From: Candidatus Bathyarchaeia archaeon
Lineage (GTDB): Archaea > Thermoproteota > Bathyarchaeia > Bathyarchaeales > Bathycorpusculaceae
Length of the DNA stretch: 64,000 nt
Direction of reading: 5' to 3'
NCBI GenBank assembly: GCA_049512935.1
Contig: JBEKWR010000006.1
Coordinates: forward strand, 64,001-128,000
This document shows positions 28,505 through 38,350 of the stretch, piece after piece; positions within the stretch are counted from its first letter, which is position 1; each line of letters opens with the position of its first letter. The notes under the pieces were generated by a model. That model made no database searches. It worked only from the letters and a program-made list of their open reading frames with translations, and was not told the origin of the DNA. The position numbers were made by a program, and so were the translations under genes.

Positions 28505-29569
28505 CTATTTAGTTTTTTCTCTTAACTCATCAGGAGTTATTTTTGTTAAGCTAGTACCACAGTTCTTCAAGTATTGGTATAGTTTTTCGCTATTTTCCCC
28601 CAATACTAAGAAATAGTCGCCAGATTTGCCCAATCTAACATCAGTATCAGCTCTAAAATACTTGAAACTGCCTTTTGTAGCGAAAAGGAAATTCGATAAG
28701 TCATCAAAGATTGGCAGGTCTTCAAACAACGTTCTTTCCTCTTTTGTAGCCACACCCGCCAAGGACTCGGTGGGAACAAATACTAATGGTCGCGCAATAA
28801 ATTGGGTCAAATCAATTTCTCGCCTATTGACTGGGGTCATGAACCTCAATATTGCCGTGTTTCCACCTAGTTCATGTACTAAAACTTTTCTCGACCATGG
28901 GAATGCAGAATAAAGTCGTTCAAAGCCTTGTCTGCCAAAATATTCATGCCTTTCTTTTAGTGCCACAATAGTGACTCTGAGTAATAAATCAGCTACTGAA
29001 ATCAAACAATTACAGTTTCCACCCTTGTAAACGACAGATAAGTTTGAAAGGTGAGATATTGCTTCCCAACATGGCGTATGACATGACTCAAAATGGTCAA
29101 CGTAAATTTTTTCAATGTCTTTGTTGCCATACTCATTAAGATAGAAATAGGCAACATTATGTGGGTAACCATTTGTAATTAAGCGTAGAAATTCAACTGG
29201 ATTCTTTGTCTCTGGCTGATCTTGACCGTATATCGATATTGCTGGATTTTTAGCGGGATTGTAGCGAGTAAAATACACGTCAATTCGCTCTATCTCTTCC
29301 TTAAGGCAATCGAGTAATGGCATAAGTATTTGATTCTCACGTTCAGGTGCTAACCGTGAAATATCGTAGGCTTTTAGTACAACTCGTTTTGTTTTAATTC
29401 CGAGTGTATCTAAGGAACTTTTCATACAAGTCGCATAAGCATCATTGAATTTCTTTTCGTTTTTACATGACACGGCAATACCTAGCAATCCTTCAAAAAT
29501 GTTGGGTTTATTGCCTAATTCTGCCTTTACTGAGTCAATGCCTACAGCCACCAAGCAAATGTCATCCAC
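28505..29569 (-). CDS. DUF3800-like RNase H-fold protein (cargo)
   Basis: VAVGIDS...LLGIAV, KIYVD and CLISVADLL match the three-Asp pattern of DUF3800. Confidence 0.55.
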   Translation of the reverse strand: MDDICLVAVGIDSVKAELGNKPNIFEGLLGIAVSCKNEKKFNDAYATCMKSSLDTLGIKTKRVVLKAYDISRLAPERENQILMPLLDCLKEEIERIDVYFTRYNPAKNPAISIYGQDQPETKNPVEFLRLITNGYPHNVAYFYLNEYGNKDIEKIYVDHFESCHTPCWEAISHLSNLSVVYKGGNCNCLISVADLLLRVTIVALKERHEYFGRQGFERLYSAFPWSRKVLVHELGGNTAILRFMTPVNRREIDLTQFIARPLVFVPTESLAGVATKEERTLFEDLPIFDDLSNFLFATKGSFKYFRADTDVRLGKSGDYFLVLGENSEKLYQYLKNCGTSLTKITPDELREKTK

Positions 29570-29904
29570 GTTTTAGATTAGTAGGATTTCGCTCTTAATG
29601 TTTTTGTTTATGCTATTTTTACTTTCTGTTTGATTTTTCTTTTGTACTCCTCTTCACTTAGTTAACAGTATCGTATCCTTGGATACCGTTAAGTCTTTTG
29701 TGGTGGCAAGTGGGCTGAATTCAAATGCTGGAAAAACGCCGAAGAAGCAGAGCAAATCGTAACGTCACCCATGAAAAGCTACCAGCAACTCCAACAAAAA
29801 CAAGCAGGGCTCGCAGAAGCCCCATAACCATTTTTTTGGTTCAAAGGCAAGCGCTAACTTTTTATCGATTCGTCATTAAATTAACATGCCGCGGGAGAAC
29901 GCCA

Positions 29905-30510
29905 ATGGATTTCATATCCGATTTAGTCAAAGCCGTCATAGCCTTATTCATAATTGTCGATCCCTTCGGCAACATACCCATCTTTATAGGTTTAACCGAA
30001 AACATTCCCGAAGCACAGATAAAAAAGGTGTACAACACTGCAGTGATTGTTGGAATGGCTTTATTACTAGTTTTCGCCTTTGCAGGAACCGCCATTTTAG
30101 ACATTTTCGGGTTGACGATACCCAGCTTCGAGGTGGCAGGAGGAATTCTGCTCCTAATTATTGCCGTTAGAATAGTGGTCTCAGGTATTCACGAAACGGT
30201 TGAATCTCCAGAAAGTATAGGAGCAGTCCCAATAGCTATTCCGCTTCTCGTTGGGCCCGGAGCCATCACCACAACCATAATTACTCTTCAATCTTACAGT
30301 ACTGAAGGGGCAGCAATTGCAGTTACAATCACAGTTCTCGCCGTTGTGATAGTGCTGTCTTTAACATGGGTTATTCTTAGGTTCATTAACGGCATCCACA
30401 AGGTTTTAGGCAAAACAGGCGCGGTAGTGATAGCCAGAGTTATGGCGCTTCTTATCGCCGCCATCGCAGTCCAGTACATACTGACCGGCGTAACCCACTT
30501 CATAGCCTAA
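29905..30510 (+). CDS. marC: MarC family membrane protein
   Basis: LFIIVDPFGNIPIF, SFEVAGGILL and VPIAIPLLVGPGAITT motifs. Confidence 0.92.
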   Translation: MDFISDLVKAVIALFIIVDPFGNIPIFIGLTENIPEAQIKKVYNTAVIVGMALLLVFAFAGTAILDIFGLTIPSFEVAGGILLLIIAVRIVVSGIHETVESPESIGAVPIAIPLLVGPGAITTTIITLQSYSTEGAAIAVTITVLAVVIVLSLTWVILRFINGIHKVLGKTGAVVIARVMALLIAAIAVQYILTGVTHFIA

Positions 30511-30573
30511 AACGCAAACTGTACAAAACAAACAATTCGCCGGGCGTCGAGCAGGGGCAGTGGGCTGTCTGAC

Positions 30574-30827
30574 ATATTACGATTCTTTGCACAACGCTTA
30601 AAAGACGTTTCATTGAGAAATGGAAGTTATGCTCGTTTGGGGATGAGAGAGGGGCTTAAAGTCCACCCGAAGCCGCCCTTAGCTTCCATTCCGCTTCCGT
30701 CAGGAGGGGATTCCTTAGGTTTGTCCATGTTTCGCTTCGGGTTTCTGCGGCTTGGCTTCGGCTTATCCGCTGGACAACCGTGGATAGGGCCTCTTTCCGC
30801 CGTGATATACTGTAGAAATCGTAATAT
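30574..30827 (+). ncRNA. Candidate ~255-nt structured RNA (or MITE) upstream of the glycosyltransferase cluster
   Basis: Closing stem ATATTACGATT/AATCGTAATAT; internal stems AATGGAAGTTA/TAGCTTCCATT, TTGTCCA/TGGACAA, GCGG/CCGC with cUUCGg loop; G.U pairs favour + strand. Confidence 0.5.
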
Positions 30828-30867
30828 TGGCATGAGGTAATAATGGATATATTAATACTCGCTACAG

Positions 30868-31710
30868 TTGAAAGTCGGCGAGCAAAATGAGTGGAAAAAA
30901 CAGCATCAAACAAGCCGCCGTAATGTTCGAAGAAAAAGCGGATTCACAATTTACGAAGAAGAAAGCGTTGTTTACTTTCAGCAGATTGATGGAGACTTAG
31001 ACGTTTTGCCGCAGCAGTCAGATGCCCCCGACGTAAGCGTAATCATACCCGCCTACAACGAAGAGGAGACCATAGCTGAGGTCCTGCGCAGGATGATCAA
31101 AGTCAGCTGGTCGCTGGGCAACGTGGAAATCATCGTGGTCGACGACGGGTCCTCTGACCGCACCAGAGAAGAGGTCACGGCTTTTCCGCTTGTCAAGTGC
31201 TTCAGCCACGCTGTTAACCGCGGCAAAGGCGCCGCCGTGCGCACCGGCATCGAAAACAGCCATGGCAAAGTCGTTGTAATCAACGACGCGGATTTGGAGT
31301 ACGAGCCTGAGTACCTGCCTATGCTGGTGAAGCCGATTTTGGACGGTTCCAGCGACATCGTTTACGGCAGCAGGTTCAAAGGCGACACGGATGGGATGAG
31401 CTTTTCCCACTACGTTGGGAACTCGGTGCTGTCGCTTATGGCGCGGTTCCTCTACAGCCGAGAAATCACCGACATAATGACTGGGCAAAAGGCGTTCCGC
31501 CGCTCGATTCTGGACGGCGCCAAGCTGCGGGAAGACGGCTTCGCGGTTGAGGTTGAAATGACCTGTGCGGGTTTGAACGCCGGGCGAAGGTTCAAGGAGG
31601 TCCCGATTCCCTACTTGTACAGGCGCCACGGCTACAGCAAAATCGCCAACATGGACGGCGTCAGAAGCTTCATCAAACTAATAACGCTCTTCTTAACGAC
31701 AAACGGCTAA
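30868..31710 (+). CDS. GT2 glycosyltransferase (dolichol-phosphate hexosyltransferase-like)
   Basis: VSVIIPAYNEE, IIVVDDGSSD, NRGKGAA, DADLEY and VYGSRF motifs. Confidence 0.93.
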   Translation: MKVGEQNEWKKQHQTSRRNVRRKSGFTIYEEESVVYFQQIDGDLDVLPQQSDAPDVSVIIPAYNEEETIAEVLRRMIKVSWSLGNVEIIVVDDGSSDRTREEVTAFPLVKCFSHAVNRGKGAAVRTGIENSHGKVVVINDADLEYEPEYLPMLVKPILDGSSDIVYGSRFKGDTDGMSFSHYVGNSVLSLMARFLYSREITDIMTGQKAFRRSILDGAKLREDGFAVEVEMTCAGLNAGRRFKEVPIPYLYRRHGYSKIANMDGVRSFIKLITLFLTTNG

Positions 31711-31815
31711 AACAGGCGCAAAACGGCGCAGCCCTGTCTTCGTGTTTGGTCGCTCTGTCAAGAAGCCTTCTTGGCGAAGGCGCGTTTTTGAAACGGGTGT
31801 CTTCGAGGTCCCACT

Positions 31816-32985
31816 TTGATTCTTTGCTTTACGAGTCACCGTTACGCTCCGCTGGTCGGCGGCTACGATAACCAGATCAGGCTGCTGGCTGAGAACCTGA
31901 GCAGGTTCTTCCCCGTAAAAGTCGTCACGTTCAACCTGACAGGCAGCGTGGCGGCGGAGTCCATCGGCAACGTTCAAGTCTACCGCGTGAAGCCTCAGCT
32001 GGTTTTTTTCCGCGTGCCCTTCTCCGCGGCGTTCCTCAGGAAACTCGGCAGCTTGGAGTTCGACATTCTGCACGCGCACGGTTTCGTGCCCGTTGTCTCC
32101 GACCTGTGCGTTGCCTACGCCAAGTCCAAGGGGAAAGCCACGGTTTACACTCACCACTTCGACGGCAACGTCCAAGACGCCCAGGCGTGGAACCTTCTCG
32201 CCGACGCCTACAACAGAACCGTCGCGCGCTTCAGCTTCAAGTACGCGGACGCGTTGGTTGCGACGACCAAGAGCTACGCGGAAACCTCGCCCGCACTGAA
32301 ACGTGACCTCGGCAGAGTGAAGGTTATCCCGTGCTTCGTGGATTGCCGCCGCTTCAAGCCCCAGCCTCGGGAGCAGGTGGACGCGTTGAGGAGGCAGCTT
32401 GGTCTCGGCGGGGCTAAGACCGTGCTGTTCGTGGGCAGAATCGTTCCCTACAAGGGCTTGGAGTATCTTGTGCGCGCGGTTGAAGAGGCTAAGCAGCTGC
32501 TGGGCGAGGATCTCAGGTTGCTGGTGGTCGGCGGCGAAGAGGGAAAAAACATAACGGGCAAATCCAGCTACTACGCGCAGATCCGCAGGCAGGCAGAGCA
32601 AAGCGGCGTCGGCGGCAGCATCCGTTTCCTTGGCAGAGTCCCCGACAGCCAACTGGCAACCCTGTACAGCCTTGCCGACGCGTTGGCGCTTCCTTCGGTG
32701 ATGCGGGGAGAAGCCTTCGGAACCGTGCTGCTTGAAGCCTTGGCGTGCGGAACACCCGTGGTCGCGTCGGACATAGCTGGCGTGAAGGACGTTTTGATGG
32801 GCGACGGCTCGGTTGGCAGCTACGTTCCAGCGAGGGACGCCGCGGCGTTGGCTAAGGCGCTGGTTCGGATGGCCCACCGAAAAGACGAAGTGTCAGAGAG
32901 ATGCGTGCAGTTCGCGTTTGACAATTACCGCGTGGAAAAAATCGTGCAGGAATACGTCAACCTCTACACGTCGCTGAAACGCTGA
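31816..32985 (+). CDS. GT4 glycosyltransferase
   Basis: FVGRIVPYKG; EAFGTVLLEALACGTPVV. Confidence 0.93.
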   Translation: MILCFTSHRYAPLVGGYDNQIRLLAENLSRFFPVKVVTFNLTGSVAAESIGNVQVYRVKPQLVFFRVPFSAAFLRKLGSLEFDILHAHGFVPVVSDLCVAYAKSKGKATVYTHHFDGNVQDAQAWNLLADAYNRTVARFSFKYADALVATTKSYAETSPALKRDLGRVKVIPCFVDCRRFKPQPREQVDALRRQLGLGGAKTVLFVGRIVPYKGLEYLVRAVEEAKQLLGEDLRLLVVGGEEGKNITGKSSYYAQIRRQAEQSGVGGSIRFLGRVPDSQLATLYSLADALALPSVMRGEAFGTVLLEALACGTPVVASDIAGVKDVLMGDGSVGSYVPARDAAALAKALVRMAHRKDEVSERCVQFAFDNYRVEKIVQEYVNLYTSLKR

Positions 32986-33101
32986 CTGGTCTTTTGTGAG
33001 GTTTGGTTGCTTTGGCTTTGGTGATGGTTCAGATCCCTAAGAAGGTTGTCGGCGGCGAAGTTGTTGTCTTGAGTTTGAAGCCCAGCAGGATGAAGTAGAC
33101 T

Positions 33102-34244
33102 TTGCGAGTGTTAATGACTGCGCCGTCTTATTATCCAAATAAAGGCGGTACGGAGACGATGGTCCGTGAAATCTCCGCTGGACTTAATCGTGTTGGCATT
33201 GAAACGGACATTATGACTTTTAATATGACTGAAAGGTGGAAGCCAAGATGGAGTGGAGCGGTCGAAAGTATCGATCAGTCCACGATCTATAAAATTCCTG
33301 GCTTAAACTGGCATCCGATGACCGATTCCATGCGAATAACCATGGGTGTAAATGTTATTCCTGGTCGATGTACGCAAATAATGAAAAAATATGACATCAT
33401 ACATTATCATGAGCTTGAGTTGAGCTTTCCGCTATTCACTTATCAGGTTAAGAAACCTAAGATTTTGCACCTTCACGGATTCGATCCTAATTTCCTTAAT
33501 AGACATCTCCTGAGCAAGATGATTTTTGAAAGAACGGTAGATTACTACGTGGCTATATCTAGAAAAGCAAGAAGCGATTTATCAAGCTTAGGCATTTCTA
33601 GCAGCAGAATTCTTTATCTGCCAAACGGCGTTGACACGAATGTTTTTCAACCAAGCGGTGAAAAAGAGGAAAATTTGCTGCTATTCGTTGGTAGACTGAC
33701 AACCCAGAAGGGCTTGCCCGTTTTATTGCGTGCATTACGTTATGTAGACACTCCTGTTCGCTTGGTGGTTATAGGTCCTCCTTCATCATCTGCATATTAT
33801 GACTTTATCAGAGAATTAGCCAGAAAAGAGGTTTCAAGGGGCAGACATAAGATAGAGATTTTAGGCGACGTGAACGGTTCTATAGTACCCTGGTATCAGA
33901 AAGCCTCTATTTTCGTTTTGCCCTCGTTATGGGAGGGTTTGCCAGTTGTTGCGATAGAAGCACTCGCGTGCGGCACCCCAGTTGTTGCAACATCTGTAGA
34001 TGGAACACCTGAAGTTGTTACGGATAATGAAAATGGTTTTCTTGTGCCTGCAAATGATCCACGAAGATTGGCGGAAAAAATTCAGTATCTGCTGGAAAAC
34101 CCGTCTTTAAGAGTTAAAATGGGCAAGGAAGGCAGAAATAGGATGATTGAGGATTTTTCCATGGATGTTCTTTTGAAGAGGCTTCGCAGGTTTTATGAGG
34201 AAATCCTTTCTGGAGGAAGGGATAGGATAAGCGATATTGCTTGA
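33102..34244 (+). CDS. GT4 glycosyltransferase
   Basis: PNGVD, FVGRLTTQKG, EGLPVVAIEALACG. Confidence 0.93.
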   Translation: MRVLMTAPSYYPNKGGTETMVREISAGLNRVGIETDIMTFNMTERWKPRWSGAVESIDQSTIYKIPGLNWHPMTDSMRITMGVNVIPGRCTQIMKKYDIIHYHELELSFPLFTYQVKKPKILHLHGFDPNFLNRHLLSKMIFERTVDYYVAISRKARSDLSSLGISSSRILYLPNGVDTNVFQPSGEKEENLLLFVGRLTTQKGLPVLLRALRYVDTPVRLVVIGPPSSSAYYDFIRELARKEVSRGRHKIEILGDVNGSIVPWYQKASIFVLPSLWEGLPVVAIEALACGTPVVATSVDGTPEVVTDNENGFLVPANDPRRLAEKIQYLLENPSLRVKMGKEGRNRMIEDFSMDVLLKRLRRFYEEILSGGRDRISDIA

Positions 34245-34353
34245 TTATCTTTAACTGCAGATATTTGAGGTTGGAAGGAATGTTAATGCTAGCGCGCTTT
34301 TGGGCAACTAGCATGTAGAAAGGCTTGAAAAATGGGACGGCTTAGTCCGCCGT

Positions 34354-35538
34354 TTGCTGTCGGGTGAGGTTATGAGGGTTCTTTTTGTGACGTCTCTGCT
34401 GGGCAGGGAGTACGGCGGCGCCGAAATCAGCACTGGCCTGCTGCTTGACCGCTTAGCCGACGATGGACACTGGGTCCGCGCCTTGACCACGCGCAAAGCC
34501 CGCTCTGACCCGCGCCTCGTCTCAGTCAGCTTCCCCGTGGAGGTCCCTAAGAGGGTTCTGACTGTCGGCAACGGCAGCGTGGATTTCTTGCTTGCCAGAA
34601 AAGTCAGGCGACAGCTTGAAATCTTCAAACCCGACGTCGCCCACGTTCAGGACACGTACATTTTGCCCGCCGCGGTCGCCGCAGCCAAGCAGCTGCACGT
34701 GCCAGTCGTCGTCACCGTTCGCAACAACGTTTTAGATTCGGCGTGGGACATGATGTTTGGGTTTCCCTTCGCAGGCATGCTTAAACGCCGCAACAAAACC
34801 ATCATTGCGGCTCTGCACGGGGCAGACAGGGTCATCAGCGTCAGCCGCTACATCAAAGGAGAGCTGGTTACGCGCGGAGTCGACGCCGAGAAAATCGTGC
34901 CCATCTACAACCTGCCGCCCACCGTCAAAAACGCGGATGCGCAGGCAACCTTGGGCGGCGGCGCGGTTCACCTGTTTGCTCCGGGCTTTCTCGCGGGCTT
35001 CAAAGGGTTCCGACCGCTGATTCTGGCGATGAAGAGGGTTTGCGCTTCATGCGCTGACGTTGACTTGACCATTGTAGGCGGCGGTCCGCAGAGGAAGACA
35101 CTTCAGAAACTCAGCTCGGAGCTGGGTCTTTCGGGCAAAGTCAGGTTCGTGGGCAAAGTTCCCTTCGCCGATGTTCTGCCGCTTTACGCTGCGTGCGACG
35201 TAGTGGTTTTCCCCAGCATCTACCCTGAACCCCTCGGACGCGTGACTCTTGACGCCATGTACTTCGGCAAACCCGTCGTCGCCAGCAGAGTCGGCGGAAT
35301 ACCTGAAGTCGTAACCGACCAGGAAACAGGCATCCTCGTGCCCCCAGACAACCCTGAAGCCCTCGCCAACGCAATCATCACCCTCGCAGAAAACCCCGAT
35401 TTAAGAGCGTCAATGGGCAGGAAAGGCAAAGAAGCAGTTCATGAAAAGTTTAACCCGGAAAAAATCGTCGGTCAGCACCTGCAAGTTTACCGCGACGCGA
35501 TGATGGACTGTGGATGCGGCTCGGAGTGTCAGATTTGA
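34354..35538 (+). CDS. GT4 glycosyltransferase
   Basis: GGAE; EPLGRVTLDAMYFGKPVVASRVGG. Confidence 0.92.
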   Translation: MLSGEVMRVLFVTSLLGREYGGAEISTGLLLDRLADDGHWVRALTTRKARSDPRLVSVSFPVEVPKRVLTVGNGSVDFLLARKVRRQLEIFKPDVAHVQDTYILPAAVAAAKQLHVPVVVTVRNNVLDSAWDMMFGFPFAGMLKRRNKTIIAALHGADRVISVSRYIKGELVTRGVDAEKIVPIYNLPPTVKNADAQATLGGGAVHLFAPGFLAGFKGFRPLILAMKRVCASCADVDLTIVGGGPQRKTLQKLSSELGLSGKVRFVGKVPFADVLPLYAACDVVVFPSIYPEPLGRVTLDAMYFGKPVVASRVGGIPEVVTDQETGILVPPDNPEALANAIITLAENPDLRASMGRKGKEAVHEKFNPEKIVGQHLQVYRDAMMDCGCGSECQI

Positions 35539-36674
35539 AGATCTTTCAAGTTACCCCGTACTACCCGCCTCACGTGGGCGGAGTGGAGTCTTTCGTTCAG
35601 CTACTCTCCGAAGGGCTTGCGTCCCGCGGGCATGAAGTCACCGTTTTCGCCTCTTCCAACACGTCCGCCCAATCCGTTCGGAGGGTTAACGGCGTCAAGA
35701 TAATTTCCTTGAAAACGGTTTCTAAAGTTTATAATGTTCCCATTGTTCCTTCCCTCTTCAGCAGGCTCCTACGGGAGGGAACGCCTGACGTTATCCACGC
35801 TCACCAGTACCCTGTGTTTATGTCCGATGTAGCGGCGGCTGCCGCCATCGTGAAAAACATCCCGATGCTTTTGCACGTTCACCTTGTCCCAGACTCCAAG
35901 TCTGCCTTGTCAGGATGGATAAACAATTTTTACTATTCAACCATTGGTCTGTGCACGCTTAAATCCGCCGACGGTGTGGTGGTTCCCAGTTTGGCGTATA
36001 AGTCCAAAATCGAAAAAATGCATGTCAACCCAAGCAAGATACAAGTGGTCCCAATCGGGATTGATTTTGAAAGGTTCCAAACCAAAACCGACAAGGAATC
36101 ATTTAAAGAGCGTTACCACTGTCAAGGGTCAAAGGTGATTCTGTCAGTCAGCAGGTTAAACTACCAAAAAGGCTTGCAATACCTAATCAAAGCGATGCCA
36201 GCAGTTTTGAAAAAAGTGCCAAATGCCAAGCTCATGATTGTCGGCGAAGGGGAAGAACTCTCTTACCTCAAAGGGCTTTCAAAATCGCTCGGAATAAGTC
36301 AATCGGTGATTTTTACTGGAGTTTTAAGCCATGAAGAAATCCCTGTTGCCTACTCTTCTGCTGACGTGTTCGTTTTGCCTTCCCTCTTTGAGAATACGCC
36401 TTTAACTCTGATTGAAGCGCAAGCATCTGGAAAACCTGTTATTGCCACGCGCGTTGGAGGAGTGCCTGAAGTCTTAGTTGACGGCGAGACAGGGTTTCTA
36501 GTTGAATCTCGCAACGTAAAACAACTGGAAGCTAGAATTGTTGAGCTCTTGTCCGATAATAACTTGGCACGTGAAATGGGCGAAAAAGGAAAAGAGTTCG
36601 TTGAGGCACGATTCAGCATCCAATGCGCCGTAAGCAAAATAACAGACGCCTACAAAAAACTATTACAAAATTAA
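35514..36674 (+). CDS. GT4 glycosyltransferase
   Basis: YYPPHVGGVE, SRLNYQKG, ENTPLTLIEAQASGKPV. Confidence 0.93.
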   Translation: MRLGVSDLKIFQVTPYYPPHVGGVESFVQLLSEGLASRGHEVTVFASSNTSAQSVRRVNGVKIISLKTVSKVYNVPIVPSLFSRLLREGTPDVIHAHQYPVFMSDVAAAAAIVKNIPMLLHVHLVPDSKSALSGWINNFYYSTIGLCTLKSADGVVVPSLAYKSKIEKMHVNPSKIQVVPIGIDFERFQTKTDKESFKERYHCQGSKVILSVSRLNYQKGLQYLIKAMPAVLKKVPNAKLMIVGEGEELSYLKGLSKSLGISQSVIFTGVLSHEEIPVAYSSADVFVLPSLFENTPLTLIEAQASGKPVIATRVGGVPEVLVDGETGFLVESRNVKQLEARIVELLSDNNLAREMGEKGKEFVEARFSIQCAVSKITDAYKKLLQN

Positions 36675-36877
36675 CGAGGAATTGAAACTAGCTTCTGACG
36701 AATAGTCAGATGCTTTTGGGAAAATCTTAAGTATGTAGCATGATTCTTAACATCAAATTGAATTGATCTCTTAATCGAAATTCATACGAGCAGATAAAAG
36801 CTGATAGTCACGAATATGAGGAGAGGGACCATTTCCAAATAGAGCAAGCGAAGAAGATCACAGAGCATCCGCTGTTT

Positions 36878-38248
36878 ATGTTAGCAGTGGTAATTGCGGC
36901 ATTTCTTGTTGCTTTGATCTCTCTCCTTCCCACAAAAATCGTGCAAATGGGGACTAGCCCATACTTTATTTTCCAGGTCATACCCCTTCCGTTTTGGATT
37001 GCTATCGTCGTAATAGCCTGCACTGTTTTCTTTATGATTCCGCGGTTGAAAGAGAACCGTTTCAAGGTCTTATTCATTTTTTCATCGATTTTGCTGATTA
37101 TCTGTTTCAGAATGGCTTTTCCAATCGAATTCACTACCATACCTGCGTACGAACCTGACGCTTCTACATACATGACCGTCGTTAACTCATGGGTTACGCA
37201 TGGCATCGATTTTGGCGTGCAGGGTAACTACCAGCACAACTACCCCATGGCTTTTCTGGTAGCCTATGCCTTCGTTAAACTTGGAGTTTCTCTGGAAACT
37301 TTCTTCCGCGTTGCGCCTTTCGTCATTTACGCCTTAGACATGTTGTTCTTGTACTTGATACTCGAAGAAGTGATGCCTGAGGACAAGAAAAAGAGCGCTA
37401 TTCCGTTTGTGGCAATCTTCTTATTCTCCTTTTCCAGCCTCGGCTACTGGGTAACCGTTCACTACTGCCCCGAGATATTGGGTTCATTAATGTTTTTTGT
37501 CAGCCTATACCTTGGCGTCAGGCTTGCCAAGGCTAAAAGTTGGAGCGCAGAGAATATGCTGCCCGTTTTTGCCGTCATCTTTATCCTGATTCTTTCACAT
37601 CATTTAAGCACACTTTATCTCATCATAACCTTCTTCGGGCTTTCACTTTCAACGTGGTTCTTTAAACCGCAAAAATGGAAGAATGGGGCTCGAACATTCC
37701 TAGTTTTGGGAATTTTCGCTGCTGTGGCTTGGTTCACGTATGGCGAGATCGTTTACCCGTCCTTCTTTAACATTGAATCGTACCTCAAAGGTTTTTCAAA
37801 CGTGGTTCAACTTTCAAGAACTGCTGGGTTGATACCGAACCTCACCTTTGCTGTTTATCCAGTTTTCATCGTAATACTTTTTGCAATAGAATTCCTAAGG
37901 GTTATGCAGATCCAAAACCCAAAGTCTCTATCAACAAGCATTAAAGGAAAACTGCGTGAAATTCGAACCCGCGAATCAGGCGACACATTATTCGTGTTTT
38001 CTATGGGCTTCATTTTGATATTTGTTCTTTTCTTAGTAGGTTTACCCGTCCCAGTGCTTTTCGGCAACAGAATCATGGAAGTCCTCTTCATCGGCATGTT
38101 TCCGTTGGCGAGCCAAACATTGATTGGTCTTGCTGGCGAAAAATCTTGGAAAAAGAGGGCTTTGATAATTGCCATTTTAATTGCAGTTGTTTTGGTCGCC
38201 GACTACCGCTATTATTCTCAAATTCAAAGAAGAGTAATTTTCGCTTAG
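36878..38248 (+). CDS. Multi-pass membrane protein (GT-C/polymerase-like) in glycan cluster
   Basis: ~11 TM helices; EPDAST, YPMAFL and SHHLST motifs shared in style with 12581-14209. Confidence 0.7.
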   Translation: MLAVVIAAFLVALISLLPTKIVQMGTSPYFIFQVIPLPFWIAIVVIACTVFFMIPRLKENRFKVLFIFSSILLIICFRMAFPIEFTTIPAYEPDASTYMTVVNSWVTHGIDFGVQGNYQHNYPMAFLVAYAFVKLGVSLETFFRVAPFVIYALDMLFLYLILEEVMPEDKKKSAIPFVAIFLFSFSSLGYWVTVHYCPEILGSLMFFVSLYLGVRLAKAKSWSAENMLPVFAVIFILILSHHLSTLYLIITFFGLSLSTWFFKPQKWKNGARTFLVLGIFAAVAWFTYGEIVYPSFFNIESYLKGFSNVVQLSRTAGLIPNLTFAVYPVFIVILFAIEFLRVMQIQNPKSLSTSIKGKLREIRTRESGDTLFVFSMGFILIFVLFLVGLPVPVLFGNRIMEVLFIGMFPLASQTLIGLAGEKSWKKRALIIAILIAVVLVADYRYYSQIQRRVIFA

Positions 38249-38350
38249 GATAGCGTTTGTAATTGAGATAAAGTTGATTTGTTCATCTATGAGGTCACAA
38301 AGAAGCGGTAGTCAAGCCGATTAGAAATTGCCCTGCAACCAAGGATTTTT

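Larger units (their letters stand above)
28354..29672. mobile_element. Non-autonomous IS6-type cargo element, no transposase
   Basis: Starts GATACTGTTAAGTTA and ends TTAACAGTATC, the same termini as the 46584-50140 element; AT-rich interior; a further IR copy GATACCGTTAAGT starts 9 bp later at 29682. Confidence 0.75.

Noticed and set aside
30574-30827. RNase P or SRP RNA
   Set aside because: The RNase P GAGGAA...AACAGAA P4 motifs and the SRP helix-8 motif are absent
19651-32877. Long alternative-frame ORFs (19651-20640, 22657-23781, 31693-32877 and similar)
   Set aside because: They are shadow ORFs overlapping well-supported GC-rich genes and carry no recognisable motifs
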